Assembly (NCBI GenBank): GCA_964016885.1
Contig: OZ024745.1
Span: 14,260,001 to 14,324,000, forward strand
Origin: Eledone cirrhosa
Taxonomy: Eukaryota
Reading direction: 5' to 3'
DNA: 64,000 bases
Both the position numbers and the translations under genes were made by a program. Position 1 is the first letter of the stretch. Each line of letters opens with the position of its first letter. The notes under the pieces are model-generated. The model saw only the letters and a list, made by a program, of their open reading frames with translations, was not told the origin of the DNA and did no database searches. Shown here piece by piece: positions 36,692-50,044 of this stretch.

Positions 36692-36740
36692 TTGCTCCGA
36701 AGGCTCCAAGCCTAGGTTTGGAAGAAACAATTGTAAGTGA
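36692..36740 (+). ncRNA. Variant type-I hammerhead motif (core CCGAAGG)
   Basis: UUGCU-CCGAAGG-C UCCAAGC cuag GUUUGGA A-GAAA-CAAUUG-UA-AGUGA. Confidence 0.5.
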
Positions 36741-38883
36741 ATAAATGTTTTGAACATAGCTTTGATTCTTGTGAATTCTATATAACTGCTCTGTAGAACA
36801 ACTGATGTTCTTACATTGAGCTATTTATCTTACTGGTAATAAGGTAATAATAAATTACTGACCTTCCCTGTTTATGGTTTAAAATATACATAACTATAAA
36901 TAGTATCCTTAATATTATATATATATATATATATATACATATATACATACATTAAATTTATCTTAGATCTATCAATATCATCCAAGACCAATAGAAACTT
37001 GGTTTTCTTGGTCTGATCTGGCGATCAGCTGCCTTCTTTTTCTTGAGGAATTCTCATTTGACGATTGATTACACAAACATTAGTACAGTTTTGGCAGCAA
37101 ACAGAGGTTGGAATACAATGGCTTGTACGGTAACATCCTAAGACAAGTTAACACTTTGTAGCAACGGTAGGGTACCCATAGATGTTGGCTTATTTAACTG
37201 TATTAGGTTTATGAATATTTATTTAAGGTTGTCGTTCATAAAGTGCATAGAAAAGTTATTGATTGAGATATATAGGTTGTTTTCACTGCCATCGATACCA
37301 TCTAAAAATGCACAATTCGCAAACTGAATACATTTAGAACAATAGTAAATCAGCAAGACCAGTTGGCTGCCACTCTAGAGCTATTCTAAAGAGAAGTCTA
37401 AAGTCTGTCTCGAGCCAGGAGGCTCATCAGTCCAATGCTTATCTCGGTCTCTGTGGTGTGAAGCGACTGAGATTACACTCCCCCCTGTACAGAACGCCAG
37501 TCCATTGCAGGTTTAAACACCCAGCTATTGCTGGTACTCAGATTTAGCTGAGTATACTGAAGCTACGTGAAAAATGAAGTGTTTTAATGAAGAGCTATTC
37601 GAGAACATATTTTACCATAACAAACGGAGATGGAAGCGTCGAGAGTGGTCCTGTGGGATCTGCGGCGCCATGCCACATACATTGATCACCCGGGGTATTA
37701 TACTGGCTTGGAGTCTGTCCGAGAATTGAGGATAGCAGTGATAGACAGGAAAGTGTGCAACGTTACTTTGTTATCTTTGCTCGTGTGGGGCCCCGAGACA
37801 ACTATTACCATAGAAATGTAATATCTACCTAAGGAACCATACAACCTTGACTTCCATCCTTGTAATAACAAGTTTTATAACTTTTTAAAATATGATTCAA
37901 TAAACATACAGCGGACAGAATTTCTGATGTAGCATACAGTAATAGCTATAATCCTTTTCCTTCCCCCAAAATGCTCAGCATGTATTCACATCAAATTTCT
38001 CGTACTTATGTGGTAAAGCCCCACCACACCCCCAGAAATACATAGCTGAAAGTTTGTTTATATCGAGTGTTATACTCAGTTTGAATAAAGTTTTATAACA
38101 GCGTATCCTTCTTAGCTTCAAACCAATCTCATTTTTGATCGGTTTTAAAGAAAGCAGCCAAACGCTTTTGTAAAAGTCCTGGCCATGAATCATGTGACTT
38201 TGCAATCATCAGAAATTTTAAGGGCCTGGAGTGTTTGATAGTTTAATCGTGGTATTCATCGTAAATAATGTTGATGTTAATATGAGTGTTATAAATGATA
38301 CTGACGTTAGAAATAATATGGTAGTATAACATTAACATGAAATGCAAATCAAACCAATATACCATTATAATTTGCTTGCTAACCCTGTTTTTAGTGAACA
38401 TTGATTAGAAATAAGAAAATGTTCATAATATCTGGTTAAAAAGTGAAAATATATTTTATATTTTTCACATTACAAATAACCTTTGTAAATATTGAATATG
38501 ATGAGTTAAATTTGCCTTGTTGACATTAATTCAATGTTAATACCAGACTATATGGCATATAAACACCATTGCGATACTGCTTTATTCACTTTTGCTTTCA
38601 AGAAAAACATTGAGATCAAATGATTAAAAGTGTATTGATCTCTTTCAGACTGATGATCGGACCGACTGTCTAAAGAGGAATTTAAATTTCCTGCTATATA
38701 TATTTTGGAAAAAAATCAATATATTAATTTTTAGAAAGAGCCAGAATATAAAGTATGCTGATAAGTTCGTTGATCATTAATCGTTTGAAAAGATCAGAAG
38801 GATGATAGCAAATTTAACACTTTAAGTATGGCAGCTGACCTTTTTATTCTAAACAATAAAGGTAAGTTATTGCATGCCACTTT

Positions 38884-39041
<158 letters not shown>

Positions 39042-41869
39042 AATATATTAGTTTTGCGAGGTTTTTTATATGAAATCGTGTGTCGAAACAAATATTGTTA
39101 TACTTGGGGAGGGTCATATTTGTGTAATAATATTGCCAGAATATTACAGTGAGTGTGTTCTGTTATAAATTCTGGCAATATTATTACACAAATATGACCC
39201 TCCCCAAGTATAACAATATATAAATATATATATATATACATATATATAAATATATACATGAATATATATATATATGTTGTGTGTGTATAGTGGGTGAGTT
39301 AGACAGTATTAGGAAAACTTAAAATTTGAAGTGCAAAAGATGATAATAATAGTCGATCACTATAAATAATAAGAAAATCGGAGGGGGAAAATATTTGCTG
39401 AGCTGCCTATGGTGATTTGGGCTCTGCATGTCTCGCATGCTGGTCGAGTATGTTAACCACAACGCTTCAGAGCGTATATATGTATTCTACATCGTATTGA
39501 ACGCACAGACAACATATACTAGCCAACACACAAAAATACGTATAAGTGCATATAAAGATGTATAATCGTGCGTATGTATATGTAGTATATTTGTAAACGT
39601 TTATAACAATTATTTCAACATATATGTTTATTTCTCAACCAATGAGATGAGGAAATACGAGTCACACAACACAACTACATATTAATCTTGTTATATTTAG
39701 GGAGGGTATTTTACTAATTTTGACAATATTAGAACAACATGACCGTCCCCAAATATAACAATATCTATTGCAATACACGATTTCGTATAAAAAATCTTGC
39801 AAAAAAAATATATCTCCGCTACATATTAATCGCTATACCAGGAAATAACGCTACCTTTAGGATGGGACTTGTTATTTTGATGTAATTATGAAGATTGAGG
39901 CTGAATCTATGACGTAGAGGGGAATAATCTTAATTCATAGTTTCATTTGAATTGTCTTCCATCTATAAAAAAATATATTACGCATCAATTAACGCATTCA
40001 TAATTATTCTTAATAAAACGTTTAATAGTTTTATAATATTTTCATATTCAATGGTATATTTTTACAAACAAGAAGAGAGTAAAATTGAAAGAAATCGCGA
40101 GAAAGAAAAGAAAAATAAATAAAAAGAGAAGTTGAGGAGAGAAATTAGAAGAGGAAAAATCTTGCATTCTTGGTTGCAGACAAAACGTTGAAAGTGTTTT
40201 TGCGGAGAGGAGGCAGCGACACTGCATCAGCCATTACACCCCATGGAGCTTTTTCTTCAAGCGTGAGGCCCTTCGTTCAATTTTTGGGAGGAAAACGACA
40301 ATCCGAGGATGAAGGTCTCCAGTGGTCTCGATAGCATCTGGCATAACACGGAAAGGGCTATTCAATACTTGATATGTAAATTATCTTCCACTCTTCTGTG
40401 ACACCGAGGGCCACACCTTGCTTTGTGGCTGAAGCGATGAAATTAAGTAATTATAGATATAGTGGATGTTACTTTATAACTGTGTATGAATTCATCAGTA
40501 AACAATATTGGTGAAATAAGTGATGTTAACATGTCAAAGCTATTAATATTCACGTATACTAGTTGTAACTGAATTAAAATATAAGTACACTAAACATTTT
40601 CCGGCAACCGATGATCTGAAACTCTTTTAATCCGTACATAGTTATGGGCAGATATCCGTACACAGTTATGGGCGGATGTTTGAATTTCCTGTGATCAACC
40701 AGATTTGTTAATTTGGATTAGAAGATAAGCACGTGGCTAATTTAATTTCAAACATCTGCACCTTCACATTATTATACATGATTGTTAAGGTGATTCTTTC
40801 TGATTTCATAATATTGTTTCCAGTGAATTATCTAGTCCAGTAAATCGGATAATCCTACATGGACCTAGAACGAAAGTTTGCCGAAAAAATCGGTGTTGTA
40901 CCTGTATTGATAAAACCAAAATAATTAAAAAGAAGTTTGTCAGGAACTGAAATCTGATTTTGTGAAGAAGTTATTCATTCTTTTCTCCAACAATGAAAAA
41001 CAACTAAATTAATTAGCTTCACGTTACAATGAATTCTATCACTATAGTGATGAGGAAAAAACAACAAAAGACAACAACTGAAGATTAAATACGACGAAAT
41101 TTAATTATCAAAACGTAATAGTGAAGTATACAGTATGTGGTGGTATTTGATAAACTGGAAACAGCAGGCTTGTACAAAATATTAATGCTATACGGAAAAC
41201 AAAGGACGTTTTAAAGAAAAAAAATCCCATGCTGAATATTGTCAATGGATATATTCAAGAGTGAAACATTTCTTTTCAATACTTCAAAAGCAATCTACAT
41301 ATCCAGCTTTGTAGATCAATTAAAAGATAACTGACAAAATATGTTTAAAAGAGAGGAAAAATGATTCCACAGAATGAAACAAAGAGTCTGAAAGAACGCT
41401 AATTTTTCACTTTCTACACTTTAAGCCACAATCAATAAGGGCGTCTTAGAGCAAATGAAATTAACTACTTTAATTGAACTATTTATCCTAACAACAGCAG
41501 CAGCAACACCATCACCACCATCATCATCATCATCATCATCATCAGAACTATCATCATCATCATCATCATCAACAACAACAACAACAACAGCAACAACAAC
41601 AACAAAACAATTATATATACAATAAAAACAACAATAAAGATAAATGGCACCTATAAATCATATTTGTAAGCAATTCCTTATTTCAAGAATTCTCGATCAA
41701 ATGTCTTTTAGATAGAAATGGCGACGGTATATGATTAAATGACTATACAACTCTGAAAGTGAATATATGGATGTAGAATTGGTTTAAATACAGACACATT
41801 AAAACGTAATAATCAAATTTGGACCTTGAAACCTTGGGTAGCGCTTTTGTTCCGTGCACCCCCCCCCCC

Positions 41870-41954
<85 letters not shown>

Positions 41955-42154
41955 GTGAAAAATAACCGAGGTGTCCTACACGAGTGAAAGTATAAAGAAA
42001 AAAAGATGAAATCGAAAATGCAACTGGAGTCTTATTAAAAAAAATATATATATATTTATCCGGTAAAGGAACCAAATAAATATATATATTTAAAAAAAAT
42101 AAGACTCCAGTTGCATTTTCGATTTCATATTTTTTCTTTATATATATATATATA

Positions 42155-43215
<1,061 letters not shown>

Positions 43216-43703
43216 ATGGACGTATATATATTCTATTAGAAGGATGGTCAACTACAAACTTGTATTATCAGACTGAAGAAATTATTCAAAAACACGGAAA
43301 CACTGCCATCAATATTTAAAACATATGAATGAACGGAACACACAGAGAGAACAATATTTATAGAGGTTGCCTTATCTGGAGACATTTACAAATTGACTTT
43401 TTCACCTTTCAGAAATTTAATTTCACAATTCTAGAAGAAAAATACTTTTCATGTAAATAACATGAACACGCTTGTATCAAATAACCTCGTATTAGGTTTA
43501 CTTTATGTATACATATATACATACATAGTTATACATACATAATACATGCATATATACATATATATATACACACATTGATACACACTTACACATACACACA
43601 CATGTATATATATATAGATATATACATACATACATGCATACATACCCACATATATATATATATATATTTACGTACACACACTCACATACACACGCACACA
43701 CAC

Positions 43704-43760
<57 letters not shown>

Positions 43761-43852
43761 ACGAAGGAAATGTGGTAAGGAACCAGGTGAACCATAACGC
43801 ACCAAAGTACTCAATACTTAGAGTAGTAGAGTGGGTAATAGGAACGAGTAGG

Positions 43853-43947
43853 ACCCCGACGGCTGAGCTCAAGCCGTTTCGACGGCTAATTCTGGACTAA
43901 ATGAAAATTTTTATCCTGGTATTTGAATAGCCGAGCTTCTCAGGGGT
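43853..43947 (-). ncRNA. Type-I hammerhead ribozyme in 3' pLTR
   Basis: Same fold as 48403-48498. Confidence 0.75.
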
Positions 43948-44830
43948 TAATTCCACATATGGTAAAAGTGATTATCACAAGGATTGGTCAAAAGTTTGTT
44001 GTTGAGACATACTAATTCTATCATGGCAATTTGTGGAGGGAAGGGGTAGCTGAACCTGCCAGTAGAAGAAAGAGGGAGAGGGGGTGGAAGAAACCCAGTC
44101 GTGCGTTGATAGTGCCAACTACGGCTGGGCAGGAGGTCAAAGAAGATACTAGGGGGGAGGGGAGGAAGTCGAAACAATAAGTAAAACAATATGGGGTAAA
44201 TATATAGAAAAATACCGGGAGTGTTAAAAAACAATTAAGTGTAAAGAAAAAAACAATTTCTGGTTACTATAACCTAAGGACAGCTATCAAGTCTCTCACT
44301 GGTACTGCTAGACTAAAGAAAGGTTTACTAGGTGGGACGGAATTATAATGAAACCCTTTTAAGAGGTATAAGTAAACAACCGAATATATCTTACGGTGAC
44401 GGGTCAACAAGTGGGGAGCCAAAATACTAAAGAAACTACCACGAAATAATAAATCAGAGTCCCGAGACCAATACGAAATAAAGGTTTCTATCCCAGGCAC
44501 AAGGCCAGCAACCACCCAGTGCAAAAAAAACTAAAAAAACTAATACGAAATAATAATTCAGAATCCCGAAAAAGAATACTAATACTATCTTTAAGGGTGC
44601 CGCCACGCTACAAAAATTCTAGTGCAAACTACATAAATGCTCGTACGAAGTAAAATTTGATACGGATAATTAATTCAGAAGAAAGAGGACTGGGGTGGAA
44701 GGACTAGGGAGGGATGGGGGGAAGAAGGAAATATAGAGGAAGTGATAAAAAGATATAGAAGAAGATATTAGGTCTACCTTTGCAAGCAGGGGTTACCTGA
44801 TACAAAATCGGCTAGTGGGGTGTTATAGCC

Positions 44831-46986
44831 CTAGTCTACCCCCGGGTCATTATGGGGTTTGAGGGCGAGGTATGTCCTACGCAATCGGTGTTTACATGCA
44901 GTTACAAGTTCATCTTTCTTGTTTAGGAGTTGGTCCGTCGAGAACAGCATTTGTAAAGTTTCCTCCGAGCATAAATTGCACGGACGGCGTCCTCTCGTAT
45001 AAGAGTTGGCTCTGGACAGTAAGCTCCAAGTGAGATCATAGGTAATATTGTTATCCTTGAAGTCCCATATGTGGCTCGAAAGTGTAGTGGCGTGACGCCG
45101 GGCCGGGTTTCGGAAGGTATGTCTGTGTTGGTATAGCCGGGTCTTGAAGTCACATGCGGTTAATCCTATATAGGCTTTGTTGGATGTGTCCGTCCTCACG
45201 TTGCACTGGTAGATCACATTACAATCTCTGCATCTGTTGTTGAGGGGGAAAATGGATCCATCAGGACAGTTGCACCTCCGGGTCGGCTCTCCACTGCTAT
45301 TTCGGTTATTTCTTCTATGGGGGTTGAGTTTTTTGTTGTTAGAGGAGACGATGTTTTGTGCAAAGTTTGGTGTGGTGCTGTAGGAGAGTTTGATGGTATT
45401 TTTGTTAATTATGTTGTGGTAGCGGTGTTGTAGTGGGAAGTGTTTTTCAATGAGCCTAAAGAAGATTTTCCCGATAGGAGTTGTCACCTCGGCGTTGTGG
45501 GGAGGATTGAACCATGTTACGTTGCGTGAGCGGCGGTGTCGCCTGCTGGTTCCGCTAATGGAAGCTGGACAGTAGGATATTTCCTCCCGGAAACCACTCC
45601 GCTTGAGGGCCTGGTTGTAGTAAGGCGCATGTTCCTCGAATATCTGCTCATTAGCTGACAAACGAGATATGCGGAGGGAGATATTTTTAACCAGGTTATT
45701 GGTGATGTTCCTAGGATGGTTTGACCGGCGGTGGATGTAGTGCAGGTTGTCGTTAGGTTTCCTGTATGGGTAGTACAGATCATTATCGAGGTCAAGGGTA
45801 ACATCCAGGAAGTTAACTCGGGTCAGGTACGTTTGTAGGGTTATTTTAAATCCCCAGTCGCGGAAGAAGCTGATTAATTGTTTACGGACCCGATCTGTAC
45901 TACTGGGGTTGTACCCTTTAAGAGTAAGGAGCCCGTCATCACGGTACAATCCACCGCCGAATGCAGGAAACAAATCGGTGAGTTTGGCTATTAGGAATAA
46001 TCCTATAAGATCTGTGACCTCTGCCGAATCCGTCGCGCCCATGCTGACGTTGAAGGGTGAGTCGGGAGCTCTCTTTATCCATTTGGAGTTGTCGAAGAGT
46101 AAGACTGTCTTCCTGGCGTGGAGGATGATGTTTCTTTCCTGGTCGGTGATGGGCACAAGTGTTTCGGCGAAGTCCAAGGCAGCCGTAAGTAGCGGTAAGG
46201 TGATTGAAGCATAATAACTCTCTATGTCAAACTGGATGAATTTAGTGTCTCGTTTTTCCTCCATATTGCTGAACCATGAGATCATTTCCTGGGTATTGAC
46301 CCATAGGCTAAGTCTGGCGTGTTGCTTAACTTTTGGTATCACGCGGTCTAGGATTTTTTTGCTGATTCTCCCTATGTCGGACTTCGTTGGGTTTATAAGC
46401 CTGATAGAAGGTTTGCGGTCGAAATCGGATTTGTGGTCCTTCAGTGTGAAGTAGGGTGTCCGTGGGTCTAGGGGTTCTGTGCGGTCGGCGACCCCGAGGC
46501 TGGAGGTAATTTGTTGTCCATCTCGATTTATGTCCTCGATGCATGAGTGGTTAGCCTTTTTATAGGTCGAGTTTAGGCTGCTCCTGATCAGTGTGTGGTA
46601 TCTGTCGGGGTTGACAAAGTAGAGGTTACCAGTTTTATCCGAGTGCACCATGATGTCGTTGGTGTTATCATACTCTGTTAAGTTGCTACGGAGATTTTGT
46701 AGGAATCGGTTGTGTCTGGGTTTGAATTTAATGTTCTTGACCAGTTGGAAAAGATCATTCTCGAAGGGTGAGAGTATAGGGTTCGGAGGGGGAGATTTGT
46801 AGGTAATAAATCCGAATCTCTCCTTGGTACCGAAGTCCTGATTGTCGCAATATCTGTCGTAGAAAAAAGTCCTCCATCTAAGTCTTTTCGCAAAAGATCG
46901 ATTTTTTGCGTGAGCATCTGAAGGTAAAGTTTTTTCGGTGGGACTGGGATGTTCTTGGTAGAGAAGTGGATGTTGTGTTTTCGCAT
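44831..46986 (-). CDS. PLE polyprotein (RT + GIY-YIG). True start probably ATG 46986, with a 1-nt frameshift near 46898
   Basis: MRKHNIHFSTKNIPVP in one frame, then FAKRLRW, SDKTGN, FDIESYY, GLYRDDGL, VNFLDV, CNC, VIY..YIG, CNLC..E, LN..E..CKH in the 786-aa frame. Confidence 0.9.
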
Positions 46987-47171
46987 GGTGCGGGTGAAAG
47001 AACTTGAGCTTAGCGGAAAAGTCTGGATACGGAGTGGTATGGTCGGAAAGTGCACTACTACGGGAATAGGAGCTAGATAACGAAGGAAATGTGGTAAGGA
47101 ACCAGGTGGACCATAACGCACCAAAGTACTCAATACTTAGGGTAGTAGAGTGGGTAATAGGAACGAGTAGG

Positions 47172-47267
47172 ACTCCGACGGCTGAGCTCAAGCCGTTTCG
47201 ACGGCTAATTCTGGACTAAATGAAAATTTTTATCCTGGTATTTGAATAGCCGAGCTTCTCAGGGGGT
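47172..47267 (-). ncRNA. Type-I hammerhead ribozyme in 5' pLTR
   Basis: Same fold as 48403-48498, with one stem I mismatch. Confidence 0.7.
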
Positions 47268-48402
47268 AATTCCATATATGGTAAAAGTGATTGTCACAAG
47301 GATTATAATATCTTCTATATCTTTTTATCACTTCCTCTATATTTCCTTCTTACCCCATCCCTCCCTAGTCCTTCCACCCCAGTCCTCTTTCTTTGTCGTC
47401 GTCAATTTTACTTTCTCGCCCACCCGAGGTAGCCCCTCGGTCCCTTGTAGCCTCAGTACCACCACCCCCTTCCCCTAATCTATGATATATTTGGCCAACT
47501 CCACTTTTTATAGCAGTTGTGTTAGACCCCGGATACTAGAATTCTTATCCGATGGCCGAACCTTTTCCGTGCTTTCTATATTTCGTAGTGGTATCTTTGC
47601 TTTAATTTCTCGTATATCAGTATTTATTTTTTTTTATTATTTTTTTTTGGGGGGGGGGGGGGGGGATTCTGAATTAATTTTCCGTATCAAATTTTACATA
47701 GACTTCGTACGAGCATTTATGTAGTTTGCACTAGAATTTTTGTAGCGTGGCGGCACCCTTAGAGATAGTATTAGTATTCTTTTTCGGGATTCTGAATTAT
47801 TATTTCGTATTAGTTTTTTTTTTTTTTTGCACTGGGCGGTTGCTGGCCTTGTGCCTGGGATAGAAACCTTTATTTCGTACTGGTCTCGGGACTCTGATTT
47901 ATTATTTCGTAGTAGTTTCTTTAGTATTTTGGCCCCCCACTTGTTGACCCGTCACCGTAAGATATATTCGGTTGTTTACTTATACCTCTTAAAAGGGTCT
48001 CATTATAATTCCGTCCCACCTAGTAAACCTTTCTTTAGTCTAGCAGTACCAGTGAGAGACTTGATAGCTGTCCTTAGGTTATAGTAACCAGAAATTGTTT
48101 TTTTCTTTACACTTAATTGTTTTTTAACACTCCCGGTATTTTTCTATATATTTACCCCATATTGTTTTACTTATTGTTTCGACTTGCTCCCCCTCCCCCT
48201 AGTATCTTCTTTGACCTCCTGCCCAGCCGTAGTTGGCACTATCAACGCACGACTGGGTTTCTTCCACCCCCTCTCCCTCTTTCTTCTACTGGCAGGTTCA
48301 GCTACCCCTTCCCTCCACAAATTGCCATGATAGAATTATTATGTCTCAACAACAAACTTTTGACCAATCCTTGTGATAATCACTTTTACCATATATGGAA
48401 TT

Positions 48403-48498
48403 ACCCCCTGAGAAGCTCGGCTATTCAAATACCAGGATAAAAATTTTCATTTAGTCCAGAATTAGCCGTCGAAACGGCTTGAGCTCAGCCGTCGGGGT
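48403..48498 (+). ncRNA. Type-I hammerhead ribozyme in inverted pLTR
   Basis: ACCCC-CUGAGAA-G..CGGCUA[loop]UAGCCG.C-GAAA-CGGCU ugagcuc AGCC-GUC-GGGGU. Predicted cleavage after 48493. Confidence 0.78.
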
Positions 48499-48508
48499 CC
48501 TACTCGTT

Positions 48509-48543
<35 letters not shown>

Positions 48544-48548
<5 letters not shown>

Positions 48549-49127
48549 AACGAGTAGGACCCCGACGGCTGAGCTCAAGCCGTTTCGACGGCTAATTCTG
48601 GACTAAATGAAAATTTTTATCCTGGTATTTGAATATTTAGAAATGTAAGTTATCGCCGTATTTTGACTAAAGAAATTAAAGACATTATTTAGCCTGATAG
48701 TGGGGTTAAAACCCTCTAAGAAATGGAAAAAAAGATGAGTATTGACGTACATAGGAGTCGAACCCACATCTTTGGTTATCCGGACCACTGTGCTACCATC
48801 TTACTTGACATTACAGTCGCTAAGTTTATAGCTTCTAATTTGAATGGAAAAAGACGGGTGATGTGTTGGTGTAAATGGTAGCACAGTAGTACGGATAACT
48901 AAAGATGTGGGTTCGACTCCCATGTACGTCAATACTCATCTTTTTCCATTTCTTAGAGGGTTTTAACCCCACTATCAGGCTAAATAATGTCTTTAATTTC
49001 TTTAGTCAAAATACGGCGATAACTTACATTTCTAAATATTCAAATACCAGGATAAACATTTTCATTTAGTCCAGAATTAGCCGTCGAAACGGCTTGAGCT
49101 CAGCCGTCGGGGTCCTACTCGTTCCTA
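48544..49127. mobile_element. ~580-bp fold-back element: tRNA-like head + body + PLE pLTR 3' part, in inverted duplicate
   Basis: Arms 48544-48804 and 48871-49127 are near-perfect reverse complements, with (TA)n on both sides. Confidence 0.85.
48860..48931 (+). tRNA. tRNA-like sequence (pseudo-tRNA / SINE head)
   Basis: 72-nt cloverleaf: D-arm GTGT/GCAC, T-arm GTGGG-TTCGACT-CCCAT, wobble-rich acceptor stem, degenerate anticodon arm. Confidence 0.6.
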
Positions 49128-49516
49128 TATATATATATATATATATAGTCAAAATACGGCGATAGCTTACATTTCTAATAATTTCAAATCAACTCGCTGT
49201 TTCGAAAATATTCTTACTATATATATATACAGTTCAAGAATAACCAATCTTAAAGAGAGAGATGGAGATAGGCGAGGAGAGGAGAAGAGAGATTGGTGAA
49301 TTAGTTAGAAGCCAAAGTGTAAAGGCATGTGCTCAATGTGCAATATGCAGTGGAAGGCAGCTAGGTGGCTGGGTTCATGCAGAGGTTAGGTGCACAGAGC
49401 TGGAAATATTAATTAGTTAAGACCACACATTTCACAAGGAAGACATTACTAAAAGATTGTCAACATAGTTTTAGTTTGATGTAAGGAATGTAGAGAATAT
49501 TAATAATATTAATAAT

Positions 49517-49700
49517 AATTGTTTCTACTTTAGGCACAAGGCCAGCAATTACCCACTGTATTGCTGGTACTTTATTTTATCGACCCCGTAAGGATGAAAG
49601 GCAAAGTCAACCTCGGCGGGATTTGAACTCAGATCGTAAAGGGACGTAACTATGCTGGAAAGCATGGCGTCCGACCCTCTATTGATACTGCCAATCCACT
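49517..49700 (-). mobile_element. tRNA-derived SINE (family A) inserted in (AAT)n
   Basis: Full copy, absent from the mirror arm. Confidence 0.88.
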
Positions 49701-49737
49701 GCCCTTCTTAATAATAATAATAATAATAATAATGTTC

Positions 49738-49856
49738 GTTTACAATTGTTTCGCTACTCCATATAATGTTTCTGGATCAAATGATTATAGATCATTATTG
49801 ATCTGGTTCAGTTGAAAATAATTAACTTAGGTACAATTAGAGCAGCTCATCGGAAC
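49738..49856 (-). ncRNA. Type-I hammerhead motif (core CCGAUGA)
   Basis: GUU-CCGAUGA-GCUGCUC[long insert]GAGUAGC-GAAA-CAAUUG-UA-AAC. Confidence 0.7.
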
Positions 49857-50044
49857 TTCTAAAGGGATATAAATTAAAATAAGAAAAGAATGTTACATGA
49901 ATATAATGTTCCATATATTGGTATTTCACTATGGTGTCCTGGGTATATCCATTGTCTGCCATAGTCGAGCAGTATTCTTCTGTCGAGGCTGCATTGTGTG
50001 AGATCTGCCTATCATGTAACATTCTTTCCTTATTTTAATTTATA

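Larger units (their letters stand above)
43758..48512 (-). mobile_element. Near-complete Naiad-type Penelope-like element with direct pLTRs (43758-43985, 47077-47304) and an inverted copy of the 3' UTR/pLTR (47305-48512), inserted in (TA)n
   Basis: RT + C-terminal GIY-YIG ORF. Direct and inverted repeats are visible, and both flanks are (TA)n. Confidence 0.92.

Noticed and set aside
38650-38690. CTGATGA hammerhead-like core
   Set aside because: No correctly placed GAAA, stem III or stem I.
43274-43310. CTGAAGA...GAAAC hammerhead-like spacing
   Set aside because: No pairable stem II.
44831-46986. Selenoprotein/SECIS as reported for some Naiad elements
   Set aside because: There is no in-frame TGA in the ORF, so nothing supports recoding.
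46987-47191. N-terminal part of the 786-aa ORF
   Set aside because: It is read-through of the pLTR/5' UTR from a TTG. The conserved-looking start is ATG 46986 in another frame.
43947-48440. Duplicate small ORFs (85 aa and 95/107 aa) on opposite strands
   Set aside because: They arise from the inverted 3' UTR duplication, have non-ATG starts and show no recognisable motifs.
48860-48931. Functional tRNA gene
   Set aside because: The anticodon arm is mispaired and lacks U33, the acceptor stem has several G-U pairs, and it is embedded in a repeat.
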